64,000 bases of DNA, taken from a virus. The notes below the pieces were generated by a model. That model saw only the letters and a list, made by a program, of their open reading frames with translations, was not told the origin of the DNA and did no database searches. Location of the stretch: positions 32,001 through 96,000 of IMG/VR virus record IMGVR_UViG_3300031521_000012; one strand, written 5' to 3'. This document shows positions 11,642 to 22,809 of the stretch, in pieces (the stretch's first letter is position 1; every line of letters begins with the position of its first letter). The translations under genes were made by a program, and so were the position numbers.

Positions 11642-13227
11642 TTATAATATTGTAGTTGTTTTCACTTGTTTATTAAAAATTAATTGATCATATCCAATCT
11701 TAATTGAAATATCCTTTTCGCAGTCTTCAATATTTTCATACTTAGTACTAGTAAACGTACTCCAAAAGTTATCATATTTTCTTTCAACTAAATATCGAAG
11801 TGTTCCATCATTTAGTTCCTGTCGTATAATTCTGTAAACATGCAACTTGCTTTCATATGTTTTAAAAGTGGGTTCTACTACTTCTGGTATTGATGCATGT
11901 TTACATAGACGATTAAGTAATGCCCATTTTTGACGTTCAACATCGAGCAAGTTTTTAAATATCCCCATGATTATAATATCGTTTTTGTTTTAATCAAAGT
12001 TTGAAATATTTGCATATCGCTTTTAACGTATTCTTCGATCTTTTCTTCGGCATCCTCAAACGTGTTTAATTTAAGTTCACTGCCAGCTTTATTAGCCAGT
12101 GTGTTCCAACCTTCAGTAGCTTCTTTCTCTGTTTCAAGTGGGACTACTTTTTTAAATTCAATACAGTAGTGAACAACGCCATTATTTAATTCATATTTCG
12201 CAACACGATAGTTATGTAATGGAGATATATAACGTTTAAATCCCGACTTCTTTTCCTTCTTTGTGGGAAATGATTCACCTTCTAAATGTAATAGCATAAT
12301 ATTATGTTTAATTATAATATCTCAACACTTTTAACATCACGTGGGTCGTATTTTAGCGACTTGGCGTAATATTCAACTTCTTTAGCAATTTCTTCGTTGA
12401 TGAATTCTAATGCTAACTTTTTAGTTGGGTATTCAGTCACCAACATACGCCATGAATTTTTATGTGGCTTATCGGAAGACGTTATGTATTCAATACGAAA
12501 GATCAGATTGCCTGTATTGAATACGATTTTAACTATTCGATATTGCGTTGATGGACTTTGATAAATGGTGTAGCTTGATTTCATTGTTATAGTATTGTTG
12601 TTTTTTTTAATTTCATTCCGTGCATTTGATCGTCAGATTTAATCAATTTGGCTATAAGTTTTTCGGTATCGCCAAATGCTGAAAAATCCAAATTTAGAAT
12701 ATTGCTATCGTCCATAACAGGTCTCCAATTGTTTTCGAATTCATCAGCAGCATTACGCTTTTCAATAGTATAAAATATTCTACCATTATTTAGCTCATGC
12801 TTTAAAATGCGATAATTATTTAATATGCTATGATAAATGGTGTAATTTCCATTTGGATTATCATCGATTATTTTATCTTTCTTGCTCATTATAATATTTC
12901 TTTTTTGATTATTTTCTTTTGTTCGTCTTTAATATGTCGTTCTAAATCAGATTGAATATGCTCGTCAATACAGGCTATAGCTTGCTCAAATGTTTCAAAA
13001 CCAGCATCAGAGCCAATTCTATATTCATATGTTCTCCAAAGTCCATTAACATCTTTATGCCCCAAATAATACTCTTCAGCCTGAGCATGTAGATGTTGAA
13101 CCTCAAACTCCGAAGTATTATTAGCTCTTGTGGTTTTAACTATTCTATAAATGCAAGTAGGACTTCTGTAAACAGTAAAGCCATATTTATCATCATTTGT
13201 CATATCACTCCCATTTATATATTTCAT
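11642..13227 (-). CDS. tandem array of five paralogous small proteins (11642-11968, 11971-12297, 12312-12584, 12587-12889, 12889-13227)
   Basis: Shared Y-x-S-x3-4-YR[I/V], (E)LNxG, [I/V]E, central W, and all end in ...IL-stop. Confidence 0.75.
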
Positions 13228-13660
13228 TTATATCATTCAAAACTTGGTTGCCACCGAATCTACCAATCATAACTTCTGCATCATTAGAAACAATTACGTT
13301 TTCACATATAATATCTCCACCATATATTTTAGAGTTGCCTGATACATTTACATTATTGAAAACTCTAGCTTCATCATATATCATTGCAGTTCCATGAACT
13401 TTAGCATTGCCAGATACTCTACTCTCTCCAAATACCCTTGCTTTACCGAATATAACTGCGTTACCAAAGACTATTGCATTGCCGAATACTTGTGCCTCAT
13501 TTGCCACCCAAGCCTCGTCTAAGAGGTTTAATTCGCTTTGAATCCAACCACCCTTATGACCTGCTTTTCCCCATTTGCAATCAACAATTAATTCAATACG
13601 AAATACTTTAACTCCGTAGTCATTAATTTTAAATTCATCGGTGAGTTTATAGATATTCAT
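13205..13660 (-). CDS. hexapeptide-repeat (left-handed beta-helix) protein
   Basis: GGWIQSELNL followed by VFGNAI VFGNAV IFGKAR VFGESR VSGNAK repeats. Confidence 0.8.
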   Translation of the reverse strand: MNIYKLTDEFKINDYGVKVFRIELIVDCKWGKAGHKGGWIQSELNLLDEAWVANEAQVFGNAIVFGNAVIFGKARVFGESRVSGNAKVHGTAMIYDEARVFNNVNVSGNSKIYGGDIICENVIVSNDAEVMIGRFGGNQVLNDINEIYKWE

Positions 13661-13661
13661 T

Positions 13662-13882
13662 CTAATATAGTTTCATTATTAAATTGATTGAATATGGAAT
13701 GAAGACCACTTCTCCCTTATTATAAACCCCCCCCAACTACCGCTACGAGTGATTTCGAATACAATGCCTAAGTCATTAATTTCCAGTATTTTTCCAACTG
13801 CTCCATAAGAATCTGGATTTACAATTACAACTGTTATGCCTACACAAAAATATTCACTTGTCATAATTTCCTCGTTTTTCAT
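13662..13882 (-). pseudogene. small ORF apparently frameshifted at a G8 tract (13727-13734)
   Basis: G6 or G9 would give ...GVYNKGEVVFIPYSINLIMKLY-TAG, ending 1 nt before the next ATG. Confidence 0.45.
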
Positions 13883-14332
13883 TCATTAATATCTTACAGG
13901 TTCTTTTCTTCTTAGTGATTATATCTGCTAGAAATTCTTTAGCACTATTAACACTACCGTTTTTAATGTAATCTGGATAAACTTTTTCTTCGAAAACAAT
14001 TAATTGTTTCTTCCACCATTCACCATTTTCGGTATTAAGTACTGATATACCAGCATCATCAGGAATTACATTTCCTTCGCTGTCATTACGTACATCAGCG
14101 TAATTAGTAGCTATCCATCTGGCGAATAAAAGCATTTTAACTTGTTCCATGGAGATTATTTATTTTGTAATTACAGCAACAGTTAAGCTACGACCAATTG
14201 TAGTCCAAGTATCATCACACATAATGACGATCATGCCTATTACAGTTATTGTCAATGCTAATGTAAATGCAGCCCAAACAATTAATCCTATTAAACCACA
14301 AATTCTTCTCATGCTATTATTTATCTTTTATT

Positions 14333-14365
14333 TATAATACGTAAAAGTATAGCAAAAGGTTACAA
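14333..14365 (-). promoter_or_regulatory. phage ECF-like promoter
   Basis: TTGTAAC-N17-CGTATTATA. Confidence 0.8.
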
Positions 14366-14386
14366 CTTACAAGAGTTTTTTATAAT

Positions 14387-14414
14387 AAAAAATCCCGACT
14401 AGTGATAATCGGGA
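14387..14414 (-). terminator. intrinsic terminator downstream of tnpB
   Basis: TCCCGATTA-TCAC-TAGTCGGGA followed by U6. Confidence 0.75.
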
Positions 14415-14521
14415 GTTAATAATATCATAAGAATTGTTTTTAATTAAGAAATGCTACTTAAATGATCTGATTCGAAGAATCCATAAAACATATGAACTTT
14501 TCAATAATTCGCTCTCTGCGG

Positions 14522-15977
14522 TTACACATCAACTAGAGTCTTGGATGGTTCAGTTTTAAATTCTAACATCCGTTTGTTGCGATCTAATAATAACGATCTA
14601 ATTACTAAGTAATTAGTGTTTAATTTAATCTCATTATCATTAAATCTGTTTTTGATATTCATTGCTGAATTATAATGAACATTTACACCCTTGTCACACG
14701 AAGGACAATGAAATATGTTACTGGTGCTTCTTTTTCCTAAGAAATATCCGCAGTTTGAACATATTTGTGATGTATATGCTGCATTAATATGTTTAATGGC
14801 TATATTGTATTGAAAGGATTTAAATTCAATTCTCTCTTGCAGATATCCCTTCATCCAATTATTTAATTTATGTTTTGCTTGTTTGTTTTTATATTTTGAT
14901 TTGATATTCTTTGTTAAGTCTTCAACAATCAATACTGTTGGTTTTTCATTTAAAATAAATTGATTTAAAGAATTATTAAGTAATGATTTTATCTCTTCTT
15001 TAATTTTTCTTTTTTTATTGTTAATTTTCTTTGAGCCTAAATTATTTATTTTAATTTTATTTATTAATTTGCTATTGTTATTTTTTAACCAATTCTTTAA
15101 TATATGATCTAATTTTACCTCTATTTTTCTCTTGTTTAACTACGACATCAGTATATTTATTATAAATAATATTAACTTTATCACCGTAAATATTACCATT
15201 AGATGTAGCAATTACATTTTCATAATTTTTATCAATTCCAATTATATTATTCAACTCATTACTATTCACTAATTGTTTTGTTTTAACATCAATTGGTGAA
15301 TGAATTTCAATTGAATTGTTTGATTTATTAATAAATATTTTTAATGTTGTGGTGAATATCAGATTTGTATTTGTTTTAAGCTTAATTCTATTTCTTTTGC
15401 ATAGTGATTGAATTCCAATATAATTGTCCTTATAATCATAAGTACCCGAGTCTATTGTGAAAATATTCTTCTTTTGCGTATATGAAATAGTATTTTTATG
15501 TTTTCTAATAAGTCTACAAATTAATTTATTTAGCTTATTAATATTACATTTATTAATATTTTTAAACATATTGGGGACATCATAAGATTTATGATTTAAT
15601 ATTGAATAAAGCAAATTGTCTTTAGATTTTAACACATAAAAAACATAATGTTTTTCATTATCATTAAGTTCATTTCTTTTATTAATATCTTTCTTTACAT
15701 CATTAACAACATTTGACCAATTAGCTTTAATATTACATATAGATAAATCTAGTGCTGTTCTCCAATGCCTTGTTGGCATATCAAATTTAACTTTATTTCT
15801 AACTAGTTCGTTACGAATTAGTTTTCTATGTTCATAGATTAAATTCAATGATTTAATACCCGAATATTGTGAATAAAATTTATTCTTAACCGAATTAAAT
15901 CTTACTGATAATTCGGTTAATTCTCGTATGTCTTCTTTAGAAATATTATAACAATACTGTTTAATTGTCTTCTTCAT
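14522..15977 (-). pseudogene. tnpB: TnpB-family RNA-guided nuclease homolog split by a 1-nt frameshift at an A6 run (15081-15086); no tnpA nearby
   Basis: RuvC-I IIGIDKN, RuvC-II IVEDL, AYTSQICSNCG...FHCPSC zinc ribbon, RuvC-III NVHYNSAMNI; removing one A joins the two ORFs with no stop. Confidence 0.8.
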
Positions 15978-15980
15978 GAT

Positions 15981-17168
15981 TTAAATATTAAATAGGTGAT
16001 CTCCGAAGCTAGGAAGCATATCATTGCTTGCATCATTTGTATCTTCATCGCCAATCATAAAATCTTCTTCGTTCATTCCATTTGGTTTAGCGCTTATACT
16101 TTTATTGGAAAAGACAAAATAATCTGTTTTATCTCCTTGCGGAAGTATTACGCCATCATAACCTAAGTCACGTAATTGCCCCAAGCCATATTTTTCATAT
16201 TCATTCCAACCAGCAGGTTTATTGATTGTGATGTATCTGGTCATAATATACTTATTACCATGTCCGCCATGCTCACTATTCTTAATGCTGTCAATACTAT
16301 CAGTAAACCAAATAATGCCTTGTGTGCTTCTATTTAAGCTAAATTTACCAAACTTATCATTAGTTCCATGATAAACTTTATATGTTGTTTCATTCATGAA
16401 TGATTGTATTTCTTCGTCAATTGCATCGGTAGCTTGATTGGAATAAGCAACAGGTATTTTATCATCTTTTGTCATACCCGTTATATTTTGAACAGTATTG
16501 AATATAGCACGATAGGTCTCAATGGTAGGATTTTCAAATTTTTTCTTCTGATAAATCTGATAGCCTTCACCTTGAAATTTTAATAATGCATGTGGGTTTA
16601 ATACTACAAGTTCTTGTTCTGATGCCCAATTATCCCATTCGCCTATCTTAACTGCATCAATCTTTCTTAACCATAAATCAACTAAAACATCTTCTATTTC
16701 ATTAGCATCCTCTACATTAGGCATTTTTTCTACAGTAGCACCCTTACGTAATAAAACTGGATAAACCATTCCAAATCGACTCATTCCAGTGAAATTACTG
16801 GCTTCATTTTTACTTTTCGATAAACTAATGCTATGATACTGCTCACCATATCCACCACCGCCTTCGCTGCCCTTTTTAACAAAATTAAAGCCTGCTTGTA
16901 ACCCTTTGCTAACACCGCCACCACTTCCATGCCAATAGATATTATCCATTAATTCTTCTGGACTACTGAATCGTTTTATCTCTTTATAAGCCAAACGTGT
17001 TATTACTGTAAACAAATCTGATTGTGTTGAAAATGACGAAACACCCTTAATCCTTCTAATGATCTTATCTAATGTAAGTTCCCCACGATGATTTGGATAG
17101 TAGTAATGATAGATTTCTTCACCTAGAAAGGATTGGATTTCTTCATTTATAATTTTAATTAAGCTCAT
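15981..17168 (-). CDS. probable virion-associated protein with two ADP-ribosyltransferase-like (H-G-S/T) domains
   Basis: IYWHGS...ISLS...IDAV...EQELVV and KVYHGT...GIIWFT...GYDGVI; repeated I[N/D]EEIQSF linker; preceded by late motif. Confidence 0.6.
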   Translation of the reverse strand: MSLIKIINEEIQSFLGEEIYHYYYPNHRGELTLDKIIRRIKGVSSFSTQSDLFTVITRLAYKEIKRFSSPEELMDNIYWHGSGGGVSKGLQAGFNFVKKGSEGGGGYGEQYHSISLSKSKNEASNFTGMSRFGMVYPVLLRKGATVEKMPNVEDANEIEDVLVDLWLRKIDAVKIGEWDNWASEQELVVLNPHALLKFQGEGYQIYQKKKFENPTIETYRAIFNTVQNITGMTKDDKIPVAYSNQATDAIDEEIQSFMNETTYKVYHGTNDKFGKFSLNRSTQGIIWFTDSIDSIKNSEHGGHGNKYIMTRYITINKPAGWNEYEKYGLGQLRDLGYDGVILPQGDKTDYFVFSNKSISAKPNGMNEEDFMIGDEDTNDASNDMLPSFGDHLFNI

Positions 17169-17182
17169 TTATACCTTTTAGG

Positions 17183-17191
17183 ATAAATACT
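17183..17191 (-). promoter_or_regulatory. putative late promoter AGTATTTAT in a hairpin covering the start codon
   Basis: Same 9-mer lies 15-16 nt before three start codons (17168, 48289, 62085). Confidence 0.6.
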
Positions 17192-17198
17192 TAAGATA

Positions 17199-19644
17199 TT
17201 ACAAAATCGTCACTTTAACTATCTTTTCGGTTGCACCTGTACGTGGGTTAATAACAAATAATCGTTCTGTTTTAACCTTTTTATTATAATGGCTTGAAAT
17301 AGCAGTGATATCTTTATCATGCTTATGAGTATAGAAAAACATACCAGCTTTCATTGTTGTTAATGCAATGCTTTCAATGCTTGTTTTTTGTTTACTATTT
17401 TTTAACATTATTACATTTTCCATTTTATTTTGTTTTTTTATGAAATTTGCAAATCTTAACACATGATCTGCAAAAAAGTTCTGGATTGGCACATGTATTA
17501 TCAATTGCGTGTTCGCAGTTTTCCCTTGTCTTATCTTCCTCAACAACAAATGCCTCAATCTCATTAATGTCATTGACATCAAGCATTAATATTTCTTTCA
17601 ATAGCTCGTCAATAACAACTTGTTTTTCTTCGTTGTTATTATAGAATATATCCACAACTACCTGAACAACTATTCTTTCGTGATGCCTTGGTAATAAATT
17701 TGCGTTTAACATAGTTAATAGTTTTAATTATTACAATTGCATTTATATGTTGCCAATAGCCAAAATCTTTTCTTTCTGTTTACGCATTGACCATTATGTG
17801 ATTCGGCAAGAGTGATAGCATTATGAAGATATCTCATTTTGTTTAAGATTTCTTCACGTGATAGTCCTTCTGGATTGCAAGTACAAATATTTTTCATGTT
17901 GTTTTAGCTTTATTAATTTAATGTTGTTTGTAATACTTGCAGACATGTTCTTATTGGCGTACCTAATAATGGCTCAACACTTGAATAACTAACTCCGAAG
18001 TCTTTCGATAATGTGTGATATGCATCACTCATATTAGTATCAATTGATTTTAACTCTATGGCTGTTTTTTCAGTAAGTGACGAATATAACGTCTGCAAAG
18101 AATAGAAAGCATAATCAGTATCTACACCATCAGTATTATTAACAAGCTTATCTACAATATAATCAAAATATTCTTCATACGATAAGTCCTTTGTAGTTTT
18201 AAAATATTGTTTATGAATTTTGTTAAGAAGCTTAACACGATTAATATGCTCTGGTTTTGATTTTAGTTCGCCAACAGTCATATTCTTTTTTTCATCTTCA
18301 GTTAAAAAAGTTGCATCAGGATTTCTTGCTCTCCATTTAGCATTTGATTCTTCAGCATTTTTCTTTTGCAATGCTTTCAAATCTTTTAATGATTGAACTT
18401 CCTCTTTAATAGCATTGATTCTAGCTTCGAGATCACATTCTGAATCTGTTAGTGCGAGATTTTTAAACCCTTGCTTAATGATCTTGCCAAAATCAGACCA
18501 TTTTAACATATTTTCACCATCAGAACATTCATAATCATATGCTTCCTCAATAGAGAGTATCATCCACAACAGTTCACATCTTTTATTTGAATCTGTTATA
18601 ATATCATAAAAATGTGATTGACTAAAACTATCCTCATTATTTAAATCTTCGCTAACATAAGCATGTAAACCATCTTCGCCAACAAAATCATCATAATAGT
18701 AAAAATTTAAAGCAACTAAATCAAGTTTCAATGCTTTAATGATATTATCACGTTCACTACTAATACTAATTATTAATGGAAAGATATTCTCGTTACGATC
18801 ATAATAAGCTTCATCAAAATTAGCCATGAAATTACGACCAATAGTTCCATCAGGGAGTGTTCCATTTTTTAATAGTGATAATGCTTTTGCTTTGTCACTA
18901 TCGTTTTTTGCAATATAAAGATATCCGCAATAATCATTGTGGGTATATGAACCATAATCGCCTTCACTAACAGTTTTAGATGAATCAGATAAAACATAAA
19001 TCAAATTACAATCACCATCCAAATAAAAGACTTCAATTGTAGAATGATATGTTCTTTCTTGATACTGCCTAGCACCATCTGTTGATGAAACATTGGTAGT
19101 GTTCGATTGATGTGAATCTTCGTAGAGTGTTGTTTTAAACTTTATTAAATTGCTCATTTTATGTTATTTTAATAATCAATATCGTTTTCATCTTCATTAT
19201 AATCTTCTTCTAAAGAAGGATATTTAGTTTTATCATTCCTTAGTGAAAACCATGGGTCTTGAAACATGACTTTTACATTATTTTTTTTGAAATCAATTCG
19301 ATACTCATGCTTTTCGCCCTGTATAGTGCCTTGTGATAGATTAATTGATATGATCTTTTCATCAATCTTAGACTCAAACAAGTTCATCATTGCCACAACG
19401 TTACGTTTTGATTGCAACGGTGTTTTTCGATTAGGTAATGGCTTCATAGTATAATGGTTAAATCATCTTTTATTATCACATAATAAACATTCCATGCAGC
19501 TATCTTTGGCTTTCCGACATCGCAACCAAATGTGAGTTTACAATATTCCTTTAGTTTCTTCCGTTTATCTGAGATAGCAATCCTATTCCAGCCATCCCGA
19601 AAACCATTTGGGGCATGTGTTACTCTATATAAAATGTAGCTCAT
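17199..19644 (-). CDS. hypothetical ORFs (17199-17423, 17425-17712, 17913-19157 414 aa, 19169-19447, 19444-19644)
   Basis: Co-oriented ORFs; no recognisable domains. Confidence 0.55.
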
Positions 19645-19645
19645 G

Positions 19646-19795
19646 TTATACTATAGCTAAATTAGTTGTTCTGATTAGATAATGCTTATCCCAAGTAAAG
19701 ACTTTTGGTTTGCCAATATCACACCCAAAGGTAAGTTTACAATAATCACGATAACCGTTTCCATCAGGCTTAACGCTATATAATATGTAATTCAT
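19646..19795 (-). CDS. 49-aa ORF absent from the track; internally deleted paralog of 19444-19644
   Basis: MNYILYSVKPDGNGYRD-YCKLTFGCDIGKPK versus MSYILYRVTHAPNGFRD(16 aa)YCKLTFGCDVGKPK. Confidence 0.7.
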   Translation of the reverse strand: MNYILYSVKPDGNGYRDYCKLTFGCDIGKPKVFTWDKHYLIRTTNLAIV

Positions 19796-19818
19796 AATTC
19801 TTAGTTTTATGTTATATC

Positions 19819-19851
19819 TATTATACGTATGAACCGTATGAAATGTTACAA
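19819..19851 (-). promoter_or_regulatory. phage ECF-like promoter
   Basis: TTGTAAC-N17-CGTATAATA. Confidence 0.8.
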
Positions 19852-19885
19852 AAAATCACCATTATTTTCATAGTGGTGATTTTTT
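19850..19885 (-). terminator. intrinsic terminator (possibly bidirectional)
   Basis: AAAAAATCACCATTA...TAGTGGTGATTTTTT. Confidence 0.7.
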
Positions 19886-20447
19886 ATTAGAAAATTCTTA
19901 ATAGCCATGTATAGGCTTTAGGACTGATGCGATATATAATATTGCTACATTGACTTAACCAAACGTTATGCCAAGAACCAACATTGCACATATTGCAATC
20001 TTCTTTATGACTTTGATGCGCACTACAGATTGAGTACCATCGTTTCCGCCAAAAGAATTTACCACTATCGGCTTTATTGTTTTCCATTAGGAACTACTCC
20101 ATTTATGATAGCCTTGAAGATGGTTGTATTCAATCTTACGAACTCTGGTGAGTATGATGCTTGTGAGAATTGTTCCTTATACTCTTTTGTATAATCTCTA
20201 ATCCAAACTTCTTCATCGATGATGAAGATGAAGTCACCGACATTACAACATGCTGTTTTTTCAGGACAATTGTATAATGGAGTTTTCAACTCTGAAATCA
20301 AAACATAGGTTTCAATACCTAATCTGTTTTCCTCAACGGTTTTAAATCGCTTGATGTAATTACTTATTTTATTTAGAATTGCATTATCAAATTCTTTTTT
20401 CTTGACTACCATCGGTAATTGTTGTTAGGTGAATAAATTGTTGTATC

Positions 20448-20480
20448 TATTATACGTATATGTAGGTATAAATGTTACAA
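20448..20480 (-). promoter_or_regulatory. phage ECF-like promoter
   Basis: TTGTAAC-N17-CGTATAATA. Confidence 0.8.
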
Positions 20481-21512
20481 AATTACAGAAAATTTTCGAT
20501 AAACCAACGTAATGGCTTATGCTTTAGGCATTCAGGTGTACTGGCAATCATCTGAACTAAGATAAGTTCTTCTAAGCTAGCACCTGTTTCGCTATCAATA
20601 TCCGAATCCATTACATGAAATAGTTGTTGCGGAATATCTTCATTGATAAATATATCGAATTCTTCTTCTGTCATTTGCTTGGTTCTTTATCGTTGCCTAA
20701 ACGAAAGCCAGTGAGTAATGTTTTATATCTTTCATAATAAAACTTAACAATTGGCATGTTATTCACGTAATCAGTGTTTTTATCATAGATATTATTAATA
20801 CACCTATTCGATTTTATAATAACATCTGAAGTATCTTTTACTCCTTTAATTGTATCCTCATTATATTTTTCGACTGAATCAGGAACAATTAATTTAGCCA
20901 TACTATCGAATTTAAGATGAAATATGCTATCATACGATTTTTTGGATAAGCGTATATCGCTAATCAATATGATAGATTTTTCAGATGCACTGTTGATATC
21001 AAAATAAAGAACACCTGCGATAACAATTATGATAATAATCAATATTGTTTTCATGATAATTAAACTTTAAATTATTCTATCTATTGAACCAAATTATGGT
21101 ATCGAAATTCGGTCTGATTGCATTATTCTTCACATCAGAAGGATAAATTTCAATATCAGTTTCTTGATTTTCAATTACATATCTACCGAAACCATCATAA
21201 TCAATAAAACCACCATCTTTAACACATTCAATAAAATTCTCAAGTGACATTACATCACCATATTCGCTTAAAGGTCTTAGAGTATACGGCATAATCATTT
21301 TTCTTTGCTGCATTAATTTGCGCATTGCATCGTTTTCTGGTTTCATGTGTAGTCGAAATTCCTCCCATGATTCATGAAATTCTTTCCAAGTGGAATTAGA
21401 TTTATACATGTTATGTGTTTTATTCCATGTAGTTTCTTTTTCCTCAATTATATCTTCAATTTTTTCAATTTCTAAATCAATTTCTTCTATTCTGGTCATA
21501 CTATTTTAAATT

Positions 21513-21835
21513 AAAAAAGGTCGCTTGATAATGGGTCGTATAGTTAATGACAAAACCAACGCCAAGGTCAAAGACTCTTCTCGCAACAAAGGCAAGGACA
21601 AAATTAAAGTCTGGTTTTGCGACTAATGATCATTAAGAGCGCAATGCTCTTATTGTAACTTAGAACGCAGCGTAGTCGTTTTATAAAAACCCTACAAAAA
21701 ACTTTAAAAATGCGAGAAGACGGTTTACCATTTAAGTTTGTTAACTGAAAGTTAGTTCATAAAATATGTGTAAACCCATTACCAAGCATAGAGAACTGTA
21801 GACTAGGCTTGTGCTTCGTCTACAATTCACCCTTT
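21513..21835 (-). ncRNA. unknown structured RNA (~320 nt) with 6-nt-period NNNUU(G/A) repeats, 3' of the 314-aa gene
   Basis: Nested helices 21523-36/21774-87 (14 bp), 21576-85/21711-20 (10 bp), 21620-25/21673-78, 21634-40/21646-52, 21793-803/21818-28; G-U wobbles work on the minus strand; no ORF of 60 aa or more. Confidence 0.75.
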
Positions 21836-21842
21836 AATATCG

Positions 21843-22787
21843 TTATTCTACTGAGAGAATTTTCATGAATTCATCAACGGTTGACTGAAAACGTGCATCA
21901 ACGTTGATACGCAATGCTGCAACCTGCTGAATCTTAGCCTGACGTTCCTTTTCGAAGTCAGCCTGAATGCTTTTCATTTTCTGCTGTACTTCTTGCATTG
22001 CAGTTTGCCATGCCGATTGCAATAGATTATTAGCAGCTTCTGCTTCGTGTTGAGCATCTGCATTGATCTTTGCAATACGTGCATTTTCTTCTGTGGTTAA
22101 GTTCTTAACCTTAGCCTTGAAGTAATTAACACGCTGTTCGTAACCACGATGAAGTGTAGCAAGTTCTTCGTGTAATTTAAGTAGCTGATCAGCTGTGTGA
22201 TGCACAGTAATTTCTACTGGTGATTTCATCCCATCAGTAATTGTCATCCATTCGATTGCTGGAAGCGATGGCAATTGAATTCTTAGATTGTCTAAGGTCG
22301 AACCTTGATGAATGAACTGTCCGATATGCGAAGCAAATGCTTCTGCTTCAAGATATTCATTTAGCTCTGCAAGTGAGAGTTGTTCCCAACCATAGCTTTC
22401 ATTAACTTCTGAAAGCATATTCAACAGCGGACTGATTGTTTTAGGTCGTTCAGGCAATTCCACTGTTGAAGTATCAGCTGTTGCTGTTTTCCATTCCTTA
22501 AGCAAACTGTCTTTTGCTTTGATGTTCTCCATCAGGAATGCCTGACAAGCATGAAGCTTTGCCTTAGTTCCGAGCAATTCAACCACATTGGTAGGCATTG
22601 GCTTGCCTACATGAATGACATGAGATTTTACACCACCAACCCCATCGTTGATATTAACTGACTTGGAGTAGTTGTTAACTCCTGATAATTCATTTTCAAT
22701 TTCTCTTGCTCTTTGATTGCAAAGATTGGAAATTGATTGAGCTTGTGATAAGCTTAATCCTGTTGCGCTAAGCGAGTTCTTCTTCAT
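21843..22787 (-). CDS. long alpha-helical/coiled-coil protein, function unknown
   Basis: 314 aa, A/E/Q/K/L-rich helical sequence; higher GC and more C-ending codons than neighbours. Confidence 0.75.
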   Translation of the reverse strand: MKKNSLSATGLSLSQAQSISNLCNQRAREIENELSGVNNYSKSVNINDGVGGVKSHVIHVGKPMPTNVVELLGTKAKLHACQAFLMENIKAKDSLLKEWKTATADTSTVELPERPKTISPLLNMLSEVNESYGWEQLSLAELNEYLEAEAFASHIGQFIHQGSTLDNLRIQLPSLPAIEWMTITDGMKSPVEITVHHTADQLLKLHEELATLHRGYEQRVNYFKAKVKNLTTEENARIAKINADAQHEAEAANNLLQSAWQTAMQEVQQKMKSIQADFEKERQAKIQQVAALRINVDARFQSTVDEFMKILSVE

Positions 22788-22809
22788 AACTGGTAAATAT
22801 TAAATATTT

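Noticed and set aside
21500-21625. tmRNA-like resume signal (TAGTC-GCA-AA) opening a 39-codon frame AKPDFNFVLAF...
   Set aside because: No tRNA-like domain or CCA end; the TAGTCG is paired in a helix; likely coincidence
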